From: an uncultured Lentimicrobiaceae bacterium
GTDB taxonomy: Bacteria; Bacteroidota; Bacteroidia; Bacteroidales; 4484-276
Assembly: GCA_964395075.1 (NCBI GenBank)
Contig: CAYNDN010000001.1
Coordinates: forward strand, 13,182 to 54,743
DNA: 41,562 nucleotides
Direction of reading: 5' to 3'
The notes beneath the pieces are model-generated. The model was given only the letters and a program-made list of their open reading frames with translations, ran no database searches and was not told the origin of the DNA. This document shows positions 10,055 to 19,721 of the stretch, piece by piece. Both the position numbers and the translations under genes were made by a program. Numbering within the stretch: the stretch's first letter is position 1; each line of letters starts with the position of its first letter.

Positions 10055-12808
10055 ATGAAGCACTTTTATTCTCTGTTTCTCATCTCTCTTTCACTCATTT
10101 TTCCTCCGTTTACCGGACTTAACGCTCAGATTCCCGATAACTGGCAGGACGATACCGGCATCGTAACTTTCAAATCATCCGAAATTGTTTTTGAAGGCAA
10201 TTTTAGCTGTGGAATAGAAGTCAACACCGGCACACAGGCCGATTGTGATTTATCCAACCTGATATCAATTCCCGTATCCGCAGGCGAAACTTTTAAAATC
10301 TCATTCTGGTATTTCACCACCGAACATGTGAGAATGCGTGCTGCACTCGACTGGAATGAAGGCAACGCAACATATTCCCCAAATTATGCCGGCCCCACAA
10401 GCACCGGCGATTGGGAAGAGTTTGTTTATGAAAGCACTGTTCCTGAAAATGCAACCGCCGTTAACCTGCGCGTTCGCTGTTACGATGTTAGCGGATTTTC
10501 AGCACCTGAAACCCAGTATCTCGACGAGGTCACCTTTGAAAGTCCGGTGGGCAACCCTTTAACAGTAGCCAACGGATATTTCGAAAACTGGCCAACAGCT
10601 TTACCGGAACCAACATATTACCCCACCGATTTTTCTGCAAACTCAACCGGCTTGCAAATTCAACTCGATTGGGTTGATGCCATTGGAGAACAACTTCCCG
10701 ATGCGTATCTGATTCTGATAAATGATGACGATGAATTTGTTCCGCCTGCTGACGGCAACTTTGTTATTGACGACCTGGAACTGGAAGATGGCGAGGGTGC
10801 CGTAAATGTGGCTTTTGGCGAGGAGCAAATCGTGGTTTCGAATCTCCTGCCCGAAACAACCTATTATTTCAGAATCTATTCATATACCAATTCCGGAGCG
10901 GAAGTAGATTACAAAACCGATGGTATTCCACCATCTGCCGAGGCAACCACAGGAGAACTGCAACCGGAATTATCAGTGTTATCGCCGCAGGAGGGCGTTA
11001 CCTGGTATCGCGGAGTTGTTTTTGATATCGTTTGGTCTTCATTGAATTTAAACGGTGATGTATTGATCGAGATTACCGGAAATGCCTCATCAGGAAATCC
11101 TGCCTGGGTAGAACTGGCCACAGTTGCAGTAGCCAACGGTGTTTACGGCTGGTATATCCCTACCGATTATCCTTTTGGGAGTGATTACCAAATTCGCCTG
11201 ACGAGCCAGTTATTGCCACTGGAAGCATTAAGTGGAATTTTTTCGATAGATGATGAGCCGGAAATTCCATTGGTGGTGATCAACGAAATTATGTACAACC
11301 CACCATCAGCACTCGGCGATGACGATAATTGGGAGTTTATTGAAATTTATAACAACGACACAGAATCAGTTGATCTGAGTGGGTGGTCGTTTTCTGATGG
11401 CATAGATTTTAACTTTTCTGATGGCACCATTCTAAATGCCGGAGCCTATTTGGTGATAGCCCGTGTTCCGGATACCATTGCAGATTTTTACGGAATTTCA
11501 AATCTCACAGGCCCTTTTGAAAACGGCACAGCTTTAAACAATGGCGGTGAAAATGTAGAGCTGTCAGATGGCAGCGGAAATGTGGTTGATTTTGTTGATT
11601 ACGATGATGGTGGCGATTGGCCCTCAGAACCCGACGGTGACGGGCCGTCTTTATCCCTTATTAATCCCGATTTTGATAATAATCTGCCCGAAAGCTGGGA
11701 AGCCAGTGTTGTGCCTTTTGGTACGCCCGGCGTGATCAACAACCCCGAAGAACCTTTCATCGCGGTAACATATCCCAATGGTGGCGAAGTATTACAAAAA
11801 GAGCTCACCTACGATATTACCTGGACCTTTGACGATTTAAACGGAAATGTTTCCATCAAACTGGTGAGCCAGTCCGGCGGCACAACCATGCTGGATGAAT
11901 CCGTGGATGTTACGCAAAACACATGGGAATGGGAAATTGCGGATACTATCCCGACAGGAGATGATTACCTGATAAAAATCACCAGCCTCGAAAACCCCGA
12001 TGTTACCGATGAAAGCGACAATGTTTTTTCAATCATCGACCTGCAGCCACTGCCCGATCTGGTGATCACCGAAATCATGTATAACCCGCCTGAAAACGGT
12101 ACCGATTCACTTGAATTTATTGAGATTTATAACAACGACGATTTTACCGTTATGCTGGAAGGATTCTATTTCAGCGATGGGATAGAGTTCACCTTCCCGG
12201 ACATCAGTCTTGAACCCGCAGCATACCTTTTGGTAGCTGTTGACTCGCTGGCTATGCACAACACCTTTGAGGTAGCTGCCTGGCAATGGTCTGGCGGAGC
12301 TTTGAGCAATGGTGGCGAAACCGTTGAGTTGATGGATAGTTTTGATAACTTCGTAGATGTTGTTACCTACTCAGACCAGCTTCCCTGGGATACGCTTGCC
12401 GATGGTGGCGGACCTTCACTCACACTTTGCGATCCTGATTCCGATAACAGCCTGCCCGAAAACTGGCTCGTTTCTGCTGAATTTGCCGCCCTTAACGATG
12501 AAGGAGCTGAAATTTATGCAACACCCGGCGGCCCTTGTGTTACAACCAGAGTTATCGAATCTGAAAACAAATTGGATATACATATTTTCCCCAATCCGAA
12601 CAATGGTATTTTTACGCTAAAAACGGATACCGAATCACCGGTAAACATCTCAATTCAGGCTTTATCCGGAGTTAAAATCCTGGAAAGGCAACATGTTTCG
12701 GGAACCGTGGGTGTTAATGAGCAACTCCAACCCAGCGTTTACGTGCTCACCGTTGAAAACCTCATTACTGGCGAAACTACTTACAGGAAATTAATTATAC
12801 AGCAATAA
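10055..12808 (+). CDS. T9SS type-A cargo protein: CBM4/9-like N-domain, FN3-like module, two (Kre9-like Ig + lamin-tail domain) units, Por_Secre_tail CTD
   Basis: The ORF track starts at TTG 10046; the ATG at 10055 (MKHFYSLFLISLSLIFPPFTGLNA|Q) is the more likely start. LTD signatures occur at ~11270-11745 (VVINEIMYNPP...WEFIEIYNN...NNGGENVEL...DGDGPSLSL) and at ~12056-12540 (VITEIMYNPPENGTDSLEFIEIYNN...SNGGETVEL). The C-terminus (IHIFPNPNNGIFTL...YVLTVEN...RKLIIQQ) is a typical T9SS type-A sorting domain. Confidence 0.88.
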   Translation: MKHFYSLFLISLSLIFPPFTGLNAQIPDNWQDDTGIVTFKSSEIVFEGNFSCGIEVNTGTQADCDLSNLISIPVSAGETFKISFWYFTTEHVRMRAALDWNEGNATYSPNYAGPTSTGDWEEFVYESTVPENATAVNLRVRCYDVSGFSAPETQYLDEVTFESPVGNPLTVANGYFENWPTALPEPTYYPTDFSANSTGLQIQLDWVDAIGEQLPDAYLILINDDDEFVPPADGNFVIDDLELEDGEGAVNVAFGEEQIVVSNLLPETTYYFRIYSYTNSGAEVDYKTDGIPPSAEATTGELQPELSVLSPQEGVTWYRGVVFDIVWSSLNLNGDVLIEITGNASSGNPAWVELATVAVANGVYGWYIPTDYPFGSDYQIRLTSQLLPLEALSGIFSIDDEPEIPLVVINEIMYNPPSALGDDDNWEFIEIYNNDTESVDLSGWSFSDGIDFNFSDGTILNAGAYLVIARVPDTIADFYGISNLTGPFENGTALNNGGENVELSDGSGNVVDFVDYDDGGDWPSEPDGDGPSLSLINPDFDNNLPESWEASVVPFGTPGVINNPEEPFIAVTYPNGGEVLQKELTYDITWTFDDLNGNVSIKLVSQSGGTTMLDESVDVTQNTWEWEIADTIPTGDDYLIKITSLENPDVTDESDNVFSIIDLQPLPDLVITEIMYNPPENGTDSLEFIEIYNNDDFTVMLEGFYFSDGIEFTFPDISLEPAAYLLVAVDSLAMHNTFEVAAWQWSGGALSNGGETVELMDSFDNFVDVVTYSDQLPWDTLADGGGPSLTLCDPDSDNSLPENWLVSAEFAALNDEGAEIYATPGGPCVTTRVIESENKLDIHIFPNPNNGIFTLKTDTESPVNISIQALSGVKILERQHVSGTVGVNEQLQPSVYVLTVENLITGETTYRKLIIQQ

Positions 12809-12845
12809 ACTTTCAAAATATAAATATTCTAATAGCTAAAAAACG

Positions 12846-15800
12846 ATGAAGAAAACTACAATTTTATTTTTGATTGCCATTTTTGCAATGGCGGGTACCA
12901 AGGCACAATTGCCTGACAACTGGTCTGACGACACAGGTATTGAAATTTTCCAGGAAAACACCGAAGTGCATGGTGGAACATATAGCGCAGGTGTTGTTGT
13001 AAATACTGAAACACAAGGCAATTGCGACTTTGCCAACGAGGTAACTATTCCTGTAAATGCAGGCGACTCCTATACTGTTTCTTTTTGGGCGTTTACAAGT
13101 GCAAACGTTCGCATTACTGCCGCCCTCGACTGGGATAATGGCGCAGAATATCCGGGAACCTACGTTGGTCCGGCAACTTCCGGCTGGGAAGAATACATTC
13201 AGGAAGGTACAGTTCCTGATGGAGCAACAACATTGAATATCCGTTTGCGATTTTATGATGTTTCCGGGTTTGAACCCGGGCAGGTTCAGTATGTTGATGA
13301 TGTAACTTTTGAATCTCCAACAGGAAATCTATTGACAGTAGCCAATGGCGATTTTGAAATATGGCCCGGCCTTTCACCCGAACCCACCGATTACCCCGAA
13401 GAATTTGAAGCATCAGCAGCCGGACTAAGTGCCGTGCTTTCATGGATTGATCCGGCAGGAGGCCAGCTGCCTGAAAACTACCTGATCAAAGCCAGTGTAG
13501 AAGACAACATTTCCAATCCTGAAGATGGCAGCTACATGCCGGATGATCTTAACCTTGCGGATGGCAGTGGTGCCGCCAATGTTGCATATGGCGAAGAAGG
13601 ATTTACATTTTCTGGCCTGACGCCGCAAACAACATATTACTTTAAGATTTTCCCTTACACAAATTCAGGCACAAATGTAGATTACAAGAATGATGGGACA
13701 CCACCTTCAGCGATGGCTGAAATTGCCCAAATCGTAATTATCGAAGCCCAGGATTTTGATGCATCTTTTGGAAGCTGGACACCTGTAAGCCTGGTTGGTG
13801 ATGCTGTTTGGGATCGCGATAACACATTCGGAGTAAATGGCACGCCCTGTGCTCAGATAACTGGTTATGAGAGTGGCAGTGGAACCACATTTGAAAATGA
13901 AGATTGGCTGATCTCTCCACCCATGGATTTTACAGAATACGAAAATGAAATCCTCACATTTTATTCAGCTGTGGGTTATATTACCCCGGATGAGCAATTC
14001 GCTGTTCGTGTTTCAAACGATTACGACGGAATCGGAAATCCCAATGATTTCACCTGGACTGACCTTGATCCAACACTTCCTGATGGAGGTTCAAACTGGG
14101 TTTGGACCTATTCAGGTGAGCTCGACATTTCAGGATTTGATGGTGACAATGTTCATGTGGCCTTTGTGTACTTCTGTGGCACCGACGATGCGGCCACCTG
14201 GGAGGTGGATGAAATCATGATCACCGGTGAGGGTGAGGCCGTAATCACTCCTGAGCCAACCAACTATCCAACAAGTTTTACAGCTACGGCATCAGGTACT
14301 GCGATCAACCTTTCGTGGATGGATGCTACCGGCGAAACCGTTCCAGCGGGATACCTGGTACTGGGAAGCGATCAGGACAATATTGCTCTACCGGTTGATG
14401 GAACACCTGTTTCCGATGATGCTGCTTTGAGCGATGGATCAGGCGCACTGAATATTTTACCCGGAATTCAAGCAGCTTCATTCTCGGGCCTGGCATCAGG
14501 AATGACCTACTATTTCAAGGCTTTCCCCTACACCAATTCAGGTAACCTGATTGATTACAAAACCGATGGAACGCCACCGGCTGCTGAGGCAACCACAGAA
14601 GTTTCAACGGATATTTTGTTTACCGATTTTAATGACAGTTGGGGTGGATGGACACCGGTGAGCCTTGTTGGAAATCAGATTTGGGACAGAAACAATACTT
14701 TTGGGCTTGAAGATTCGCCATGTGCAAAAATGAGTGGTTACGACGGAGAACATTTTGCCAATGAAGATTGGCTTATCTCACCTGTCTTAAACCTTTCAGC
14801 AACCAATAATGAAATTGTCAATTTCTACTCCGCAACAAGTTTCACAGGGCCGGCACTTCAATTTTTAGTATCAGATGATTACGATGGAACCGGAAATCCC
14901 AACGACTTTAACTGGAGCGATTTTTCTCCATTTGTTAATTGGTCAACAGGTGGTTATGAATGGACACTTTCTGGTGATATCGATCTCTCAGCATTTACCG
15001 ACCAGACTATTTATCTGGCTTTTAAATATACCTCTTCAAATCAGGAATCAGCTATTTGGGAAGTTGACAATATTTTTGTAACACAAGGTGAAGCAAAACC
15101 TGAACCCAGTAACTATCCAACCTCTTTCAGTGTTTTTGCACTTCAGCAAACCATTACTGCAACATGGGCTGATGCAAGTGGAGATGCTATCCCTGATGGA
15201 TACCTGCTTTTGATCAGCGATCAGGAAACAATTTCGCTACCTGATGACGGCACACCTGTGACTGATGATACCGATTTTAGTGATGGCAATGGTGCAATGA
15301 ATGTTATGCCCGGAACAGAAACCTCTACATTTATCGGACTACAGGAGTTAACAACTTATTATCTTGTTATTACTCCCTACACCAATTCTGGTTCCCTTAT
15401 TGATTATAAAACAGATGGCTTTCCACCAAGCGGTTCTGTGGCAACTGAAGAAGCAGCCCCGGAATTGCTATTCACAACATTCGACCTGGATTGGGAAGGC
15501 TGGACTCCGGTAAGTGCTATTGGTGATCAGGTTTGGAGCAGGGATAATTCTTATGGTATCGAAGGCACACCTTGTGCTCAAATGAGCGGCTATGAAGGTG
15601 AAGCTTACGAAAATCAGGATTGGCTCGTTTCACCGGTCATTGATTTAAGTGCCACCGTTAACGAGAAGTTAATATTTTTCTCAGCACTGGGTTACTCAGG
15701 CCCTGCTTTGCAATTATTTGTTTCCAGCGTGTATGATGGCTCTGGAAACCCCGCTGATTTCCCGTGGGATGAACTTACCGATCAGGCTGTATGGCCTGAA

Positions 15801-16208
15801 GATGGATCTTTTTTTGAATGGACTGAATCCGGAATTATCGATCTCGAAGATTATACTAACGAAACCATTTATATTGCTTTCGTTTATTCTTCCGAAGATG
15901 GGAATGCTGCAACATGGGAGGTTGACAATATTAAAGTAACAGGATATCCCAGCAGCCTGCCCGAAAACCTGCCATCAGTAAACCTCAACATCTGGCCAAA
16001 CCCGGCAAATGATGTACTGTACTTCAGTGCTGATGAAGCGGTTTCATCCATCGAGATTTATACAGTTACCGGATCGTTGGTTATCCAGTCAGATTTTGAT
16101 AAAATCTCCGGACAGGTTGATTTGGGAAGTCTCGATCAGGGCATTTATATGGCCAGGATAGTAACAGCAGAAAATAAAATTCTCAGCAGAAGAATCGTAA
16201 TACAATAA
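12846..16208 (+). CDS. T9SS type-A cargo protein: CBM4/9-like N-domain, three (FN3-like + choice-of-anchor-J/cleaved-adhesin-like) units, CTD
   Basis: 1120 aa with signal peptide MKKTTILFLIAIFAMAGTKA|Q. The N-domain is paralogous to those of the 10055 and 16247 genes. FN3-like modules start with PEP(T/S)(D/N)YP at nt 13377, 14250 and 15098. Each is followed by a ~175-aa beta-sandwich-like domain with W(T)PVS..GD.VW.RDN...PCA.(I/M)(T/S)GY...NEDWLISP. The CTD reads LNIWPNPANDVLYF...GIYMARIV...RRIVIQ. Only 37 nt separate it from the upstream gene. Confidence 0.9.
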   Translation: MKKTTILFLIAIFAMAGTKAQLPDNWSDDTGIEIFQENTEVHGGTYSAGVVVNTETQGNCDFANEVTIPVNAGDSYTVSFWAFTSANVRITAALDWDNGAEYPGTYVGPATSGWEEYIQEGTVPDGATTLNIRLRFYDVSGFEPGQVQYVDDVTFESPTGNLLTVANGDFEIWPGLSPEPTDYPEEFEASAAGLSAVLSWIDPAGGQLPENYLIKASVEDNISNPEDGSYMPDDLNLADGSGAANVAYGEEGFTFSGLTPQTTYYFKIFPYTNSGTNVDYKNDGTPPSAMAEIAQIVIIEAQDFDASFGSWTPVSLVGDAVWDRDNTFGVNGTPCAQITGYESGSGTTFENEDWLISPPMDFTEYENEILTFYSAVGYITPDEQFAVRVSNDYDGIGNPNDFTWTDLDPTLPDGGSNWVWTYSGELDISGFDGDNVHVAFVYFCGTDDAATWEVDEIMITGEGEAVITPEPTNYPTSFTATASGTAINLSWMDATGETVPAGYLVLGSDQDNIALPVDGTPVSDDAALSDGSGALNILPGIQAASFSGLASGMTYYFKAFPYTNSGNLIDYKTDGTPPAAEATTEVSTDILFTDFNDSWGGWTPVSLVGNQIWDRNNTFGLEDSPCAKMSGYDGEHFANEDWLISPVLNLSATNNEIVNFYSATSFTGPALQFLVSDDYDGTGNPNDFNWSDFSPFVNWSTGGYEWTLSGDIDLSAFTDQTIYLAFKYTSSNQESAIWEVDNIFVTQGEAKPEPSNYPTSFSVFALQQTITATWADASGDAIPDGYLLLISDQETISLPDDGTPVTDDTDFSDGNGAMNVMPGTETSTFIGLQELTTYYLVITPYTNSGSLIDYKTDGFPPSGSVATEEAAPELLFTTFDLDWEGWTPVSAIGDQVWSRDNSYGIEGTPCAQMSGYEGEAYENQDWLVSPVIDLSATVNEKLIFFSALGYSGPALQLFVSSVYDGSGNPADFPWDELTDQAVWPEDGSFFEWTESGIIDLEDYTNETIYIAFVYSSEDGNAATWEVDNIKVTGYPSSLPENLPSVNLNIWPNPANDVLYFSADEAVSSIEIYTVTGSLVIQSDFDKISGQVDLGSLDQGIYMARIVTAENKILSRRIVIQ

Positions 16209-16246
16209 TCAGATTAACAATTTAAAAATATTCAAATCATAGTCAC

Positions 16247-19200
16247 ATGAAAAAACTAACAGTGCTTTTATCCATAATTCTTTTTGCAATTTCAATGCAG
16301 GCGCAACTCCCGCTGAATTGGGTCGGAGATTCTGATATTGAACCGTTCCAGGAAGCAACCAACGTACACGAAGGCAGCTTCAGTTGTGGAATTATCGTAA
16401 ACTCAGGAACACAGGCCAGCTGCGATTTTGAAAGTGCGGAGGAGATTCCCGTGAATGGCGGCGATTCATTTAAAATGTCATTCTGGGGCATTGCCAGCGA
16501 ATTTGTTCGTGCCCGTGCCAAGATTGTCTGGTCGGACGGAAACACCACCTATGCCACAACTTATCTGGGGCCAAATACCGGTGGCTGGGAAGAATTTTCT
16601 TTTGAAGGCGAAGTGCCTGCGGATGCTACAGGAGCTACTGTTGGCATACGTTACTATGACGTATCAGGTTTTACTCCCGGCGAAATCCAGTACCTCGATG
16701 CCGTTACTTTCGAATCACCCACCGGAAACCCGTTGATGGTTGAAAACGGTGATTTTGAAGACTGGCCGGGCCTGGATCCGGAGCCGGATAATTACCCAAC
16801 AGATTTTACTGCCGAAACCCTTGGTCTCAGCGTTTCATTGTCGTGGACGGATGCCGTGGGAAGCCAGCTACCTGCCGGTTACCTCATCAAGGCAAGCACC
16901 GACAACAACATCACCCTGCCCGAAGATGGTACATTCGTTCCCGATGATCTGGATCTTTCTGATGGAACAGGTGCAGCCAACGTTGCTTTTGGTGAGGAAG
17001 GATTCAGCTTCACCAATCTTGAGGGAGCAACAACTTACTATTTCAAAATTTTCCCATACAGCAATTCAGGTGCAAATGTTGACTATAAAACAGATGGAAC
17101 ACCACCATCAGCCGAAGGGCAAACCTCTGATGTTGTAATTATTGAAGAACAGAACTTTGATGAAAGCTTTGGAGAATGGAGCCTGGTAAGTGTGCTGGGT
17201 GACGAAGTTTGGACCAACGATAATAATTACGGACTGGAAGGCACACCATGCGCACAAATTACCGGCTACGTGAGTGGGACTATCTACCCTAACGAAGACT
17301 GGCTCATTTCACCGGCTATGGATTTTAGCAGCTACGAAAATGAGGTTTTCTCATTCTGGTCGGCTGTTGGATACATCACTGCAAATGAAGTTTTTGGTGT
17401 GCGCATTTCAACTGATTATGATGGAGGCCCTGATCCAAATACTTCTACCTGGACCGACCTCGAACCTGTTTTACCTGATGGCGGAACGAACTGGGAATGG
17501 ACCTATTCTGAAGATATGGATGTTTCGTCGTTTGACGGTGATAACGTTTACGTGGCGTTTATTTACTATTGTGATGATCAGGATGCCTCAACCTGGGAAG
17601 TTGAAAATGTAATGATCACCGGTGAAGGCGAATATACACCCAATCCGGAACCCACAAATTATCCAACTGATTTTTCAGCCATGGCTCAAGGACAGGACAT
17701 CGACCTCTCATGGACCGACGCCACAGGAGCCCAATTGCCGGCCGGATATGTTGTGATTGGTTCAGATGATGGCAGTTTTGAAGTTCCCGTTGACGGAACG
17801 CCGGTTGCCAATGATCCCGACTTCAGCGATGGCTACGGGGTTTTAAATGTTGCACTTGGAACTCAAGCCTGCAGCTTCAACGACCTCATGGGTAACACCA
17901 CCTACTATTTTACCATTTATCCTTATACAAACTCCGGAGCTTACATCGATTACAAAACCGACGGAACTGCCCCCGAAGCTGAAGCCACAACTGTTGAGGT
18001 TTCTTCGTTGCTGTTCACCGACTTTAATGATGACTGGGGTGGCTGGACCACCATCAGCCTGGTGGGTGACCAGCAATGGAGCCGCGACAATACTTACGGA
18101 CTGGAAGATACACCCTGCGCCCTGATGAGTGGCTACCAGAGTGGAAACTTTGAAAATGAAGACTGGCTGATATCACCGCCACTGGATTTTTCGGAAACCA
18201 GCAACGAAGTACTTAAGTTTTTCTCAGCCAAAAATTACACCGGCCCACAGCTTGAACTCAGGGTTTCCACCGATTACGACGGTGCAGGAAATCCAAACGA
18301 TTTCACCTGGACCAACCTCACCAATGAAGTAAACTGGTCCGGTGGCGCATTTGCATGGACAGAATCGGGAACCATCTCACTGTCGCCGTTTACCAGCCAT
18401 ACTTCGGTTTACATTGGTTATCAGTTTTTTTCCACAGATGAAGCTTCAGCAAATTGGGAAATTGATAACGTAGAAGTAATCATGGAAGAGGCTCCCCCGG
18501 AACCCACCAATTACCCCGCCAATTTCAGTGCTGAGGGATATTCAAATGACATTACCCTTTCGTGGACAGACGCCACCGGCGAAGTGTTGCCCGAAAAGTA
18601 TTTATTGCTCGCCAGCGATGATGATGATATTGAACTACCTGAAGATGGCGTCCCGGTAACTGATGACCCTGATCTGTCGGATGGGTCGGCAGCATTAAAT
18701 ATCAGCTATGGCGTTGAAGAACATACCTTTAGTTACCTTGAAATGGGCACCTGGTACTACTTCAGGATTTTTCCCTATACCAATTCAGGTTCACTGATCG
18801 ATTACAAAACCGATGGAACACCTCCCTCCACCTCACAAAAGACATGGGACAGCTATCCTTTAGAAGACATACTATACACAACTTTTGACGAAGACTGGGA
18901 AAACTGGGAGCAGATTAGTATTGCTGGAGACCAGGTATGGGATCGGGATAATACCTTTGGCATCGACGATACACCATGCGCAAGGATCAGTGGATTTAGC
19001 GGTCAGTCCAATGAAAACGAGGATTGGTTAATATCACCCCAGGTTGATGTAGGTGGTTCTTGGTTTGGTGATCAACTCATTTTTAATTCAGCGGTTGGTT
19101 TTAGCGGTCCTGATCTTCAGGTAAAAATTTCTGCCAATTACAATGGGAATGGTGATCCATACAGTGCTGACTGGACTGATGTTACTGAATATGCAAACAT

Positions 19201-19624
19201 GCCTGACGGAGATCCCTTCTGGGAATGGACAAACTCCGGAATTCTCTACCTTGAGGAAATAATCACATTTTACATGGATTATTTGCATGTTGCTTTTGTA
19301 TATGTTTCAACTGTTGACGAATCAGCCACCTGGGAAGTGGATAATATACAGGTGAGGGCTGCATGGGTTACGGGCATCGAAGAAATCAATACCCCGTTCA
19401 TCGACCTTTATCCAAATCCGGGTACAGGTATGTTTAATTTCGAAGTTAAAACTCCGGTTCAGCAAATTGGAATTTATACCATGACCGGTAGCCTGTTGAA
19501 ATTGGCAGAGCCTGACGGAACAGCATTTCAAATGGATTTATCGCATCTGAATAAGGGGATTTATTTTGCCCGGATTGTTGATTCGGATGCAAATATCATT
19601 ACGCAAAAAATAGTGATTAAATAA
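16247..19624 (+). CDS. T9SS type-A cargo protein, tandem paralogue of the 12846 gene with the same architecture
   Basis: 1125 aa with signal peptide MKKLTVLLSIILFAISMQA|Q. It is collinear with the 12846 product and, by eye, roughly half to two-thirds identical. The NEDWLISP motif occurs in all three units. The CTD reads IDLYPNPGTGMFNF...GIYFARIV...QKIVIK. It starts 38 nt after the upstream stop. Confidence 0.9.
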   Translation: MKKLTVLLSIILFAISMQAQLPLNWVGDSDIEPFQEATNVHEGSFSCGIIVNSGTQASCDFESAEEIPVNGGDSFKMSFWGIASEFVRARAKIVWSDGNTTYATTYLGPNTGGWEEFSFEGEVPADATGATVGIRYYDVSGFTPGEIQYLDAVTFESPTGNPLMVENGDFEDWPGLDPEPDNYPTDFTAETLGLSVSLSWTDAVGSQLPAGYLIKASTDNNITLPEDGTFVPDDLDLSDGTGAANVAFGEEGFSFTNLEGATTYYFKIFPYSNSGANVDYKTDGTPPSAEGQTSDVVIIEEQNFDESFGEWSLVSVLGDEVWTNDNNYGLEGTPCAQITGYVSGTIYPNEDWLISPAMDFSSYENEVFSFWSAVGYITANEVFGVRISTDYDGGPDPNTSTWTDLEPVLPDGGTNWEWTYSEDMDVSSFDGDNVYVAFIYYCDDQDASTWEVENVMITGEGEYTPNPEPTNYPTDFSAMAQGQDIDLSWTDATGAQLPAGYVVIGSDDGSFEVPVDGTPVANDPDFSDGYGVLNVALGTQACSFNDLMGNTTYYFTIYPYTNSGAYIDYKTDGTAPEAEATTVEVSSLLFTDFNDDWGGWTTISLVGDQQWSRDNTYGLEDTPCALMSGYQSGNFENEDWLISPPLDFSETSNEVLKFFSAKNYTGPQLELRVSTDYDGAGNPNDFTWTNLTNEVNWSGGAFAWTESGTISLSPFTSHTSVYIGYQFFSTDEASANWEIDNVEVIMEEAPPEPTNYPANFSAEGYSNDITLSWTDATGEVLPEKYLLLASDDDDIELPEDGVPVTDDPDLSDGSAALNISYGVEEHTFSYLEMGTWYYFRIFPYTNSGSLIDYKTDGTPPSTSQKTWDSYPLEDILYTTFDEDWENWEQISIAGDQVWDRDNTFGIDDTPCARISGFSGQSNENEDWLISPQVDVGGSWFGDQLIFNSAVGFSGPDLQVKISANYNGNGDPYSADWTDVTEYANMPDGDPFWEWTNSGILYLEEIITFYMDYLHVAFVYVSTVDESATWEVDNIQVRAAWVTGIEEINTPFIDLYPNPGTGMFNFEVKTPVQQIGIYTMTGSLLKLAEPDGTAFQMDLSHLNKGIYFARIVDSDANIITQKIVIK

Positions 19625-19636
19625 AACAACTTACAA

Positions 19637-19670
19637 AGGTATTCCGGCGAAATCCGGGATACCTTTTTTA
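19637..19670 (+). terminator. Rho-independent terminator closing the 10055-12846-16247 transcription unit
   Basis: AGGTATTCCGG-cgaaat-CCGGGATACCT forms an 11-bp stem with one G-U pair, followed by TTTTTT. It starts 13 nt after the 16247 gene stop. No comparable hairpin exists in the 37- and 38-nt spacers upstream. Confidence 0.85.
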
Positions 19671-19721
19671 TTGCAATTTTTTTTCATCAAAATAAATTAC
19701 AAACTTTAAAAACCCAACACA

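Noticed and set aside
10126-16548. Antisense ORFs at the 5' ends of all three paralogous island genes (10126-10365, 12836-13036, 16243-16548), with similar translations (…ACVP.(L/F)T.IPQLKLPS…)
   Set aside because: Their apparent conservation is a by-product of the conserved sense-strand N-terminal domain. They lie fully inside or antisense to strongly supported genes.
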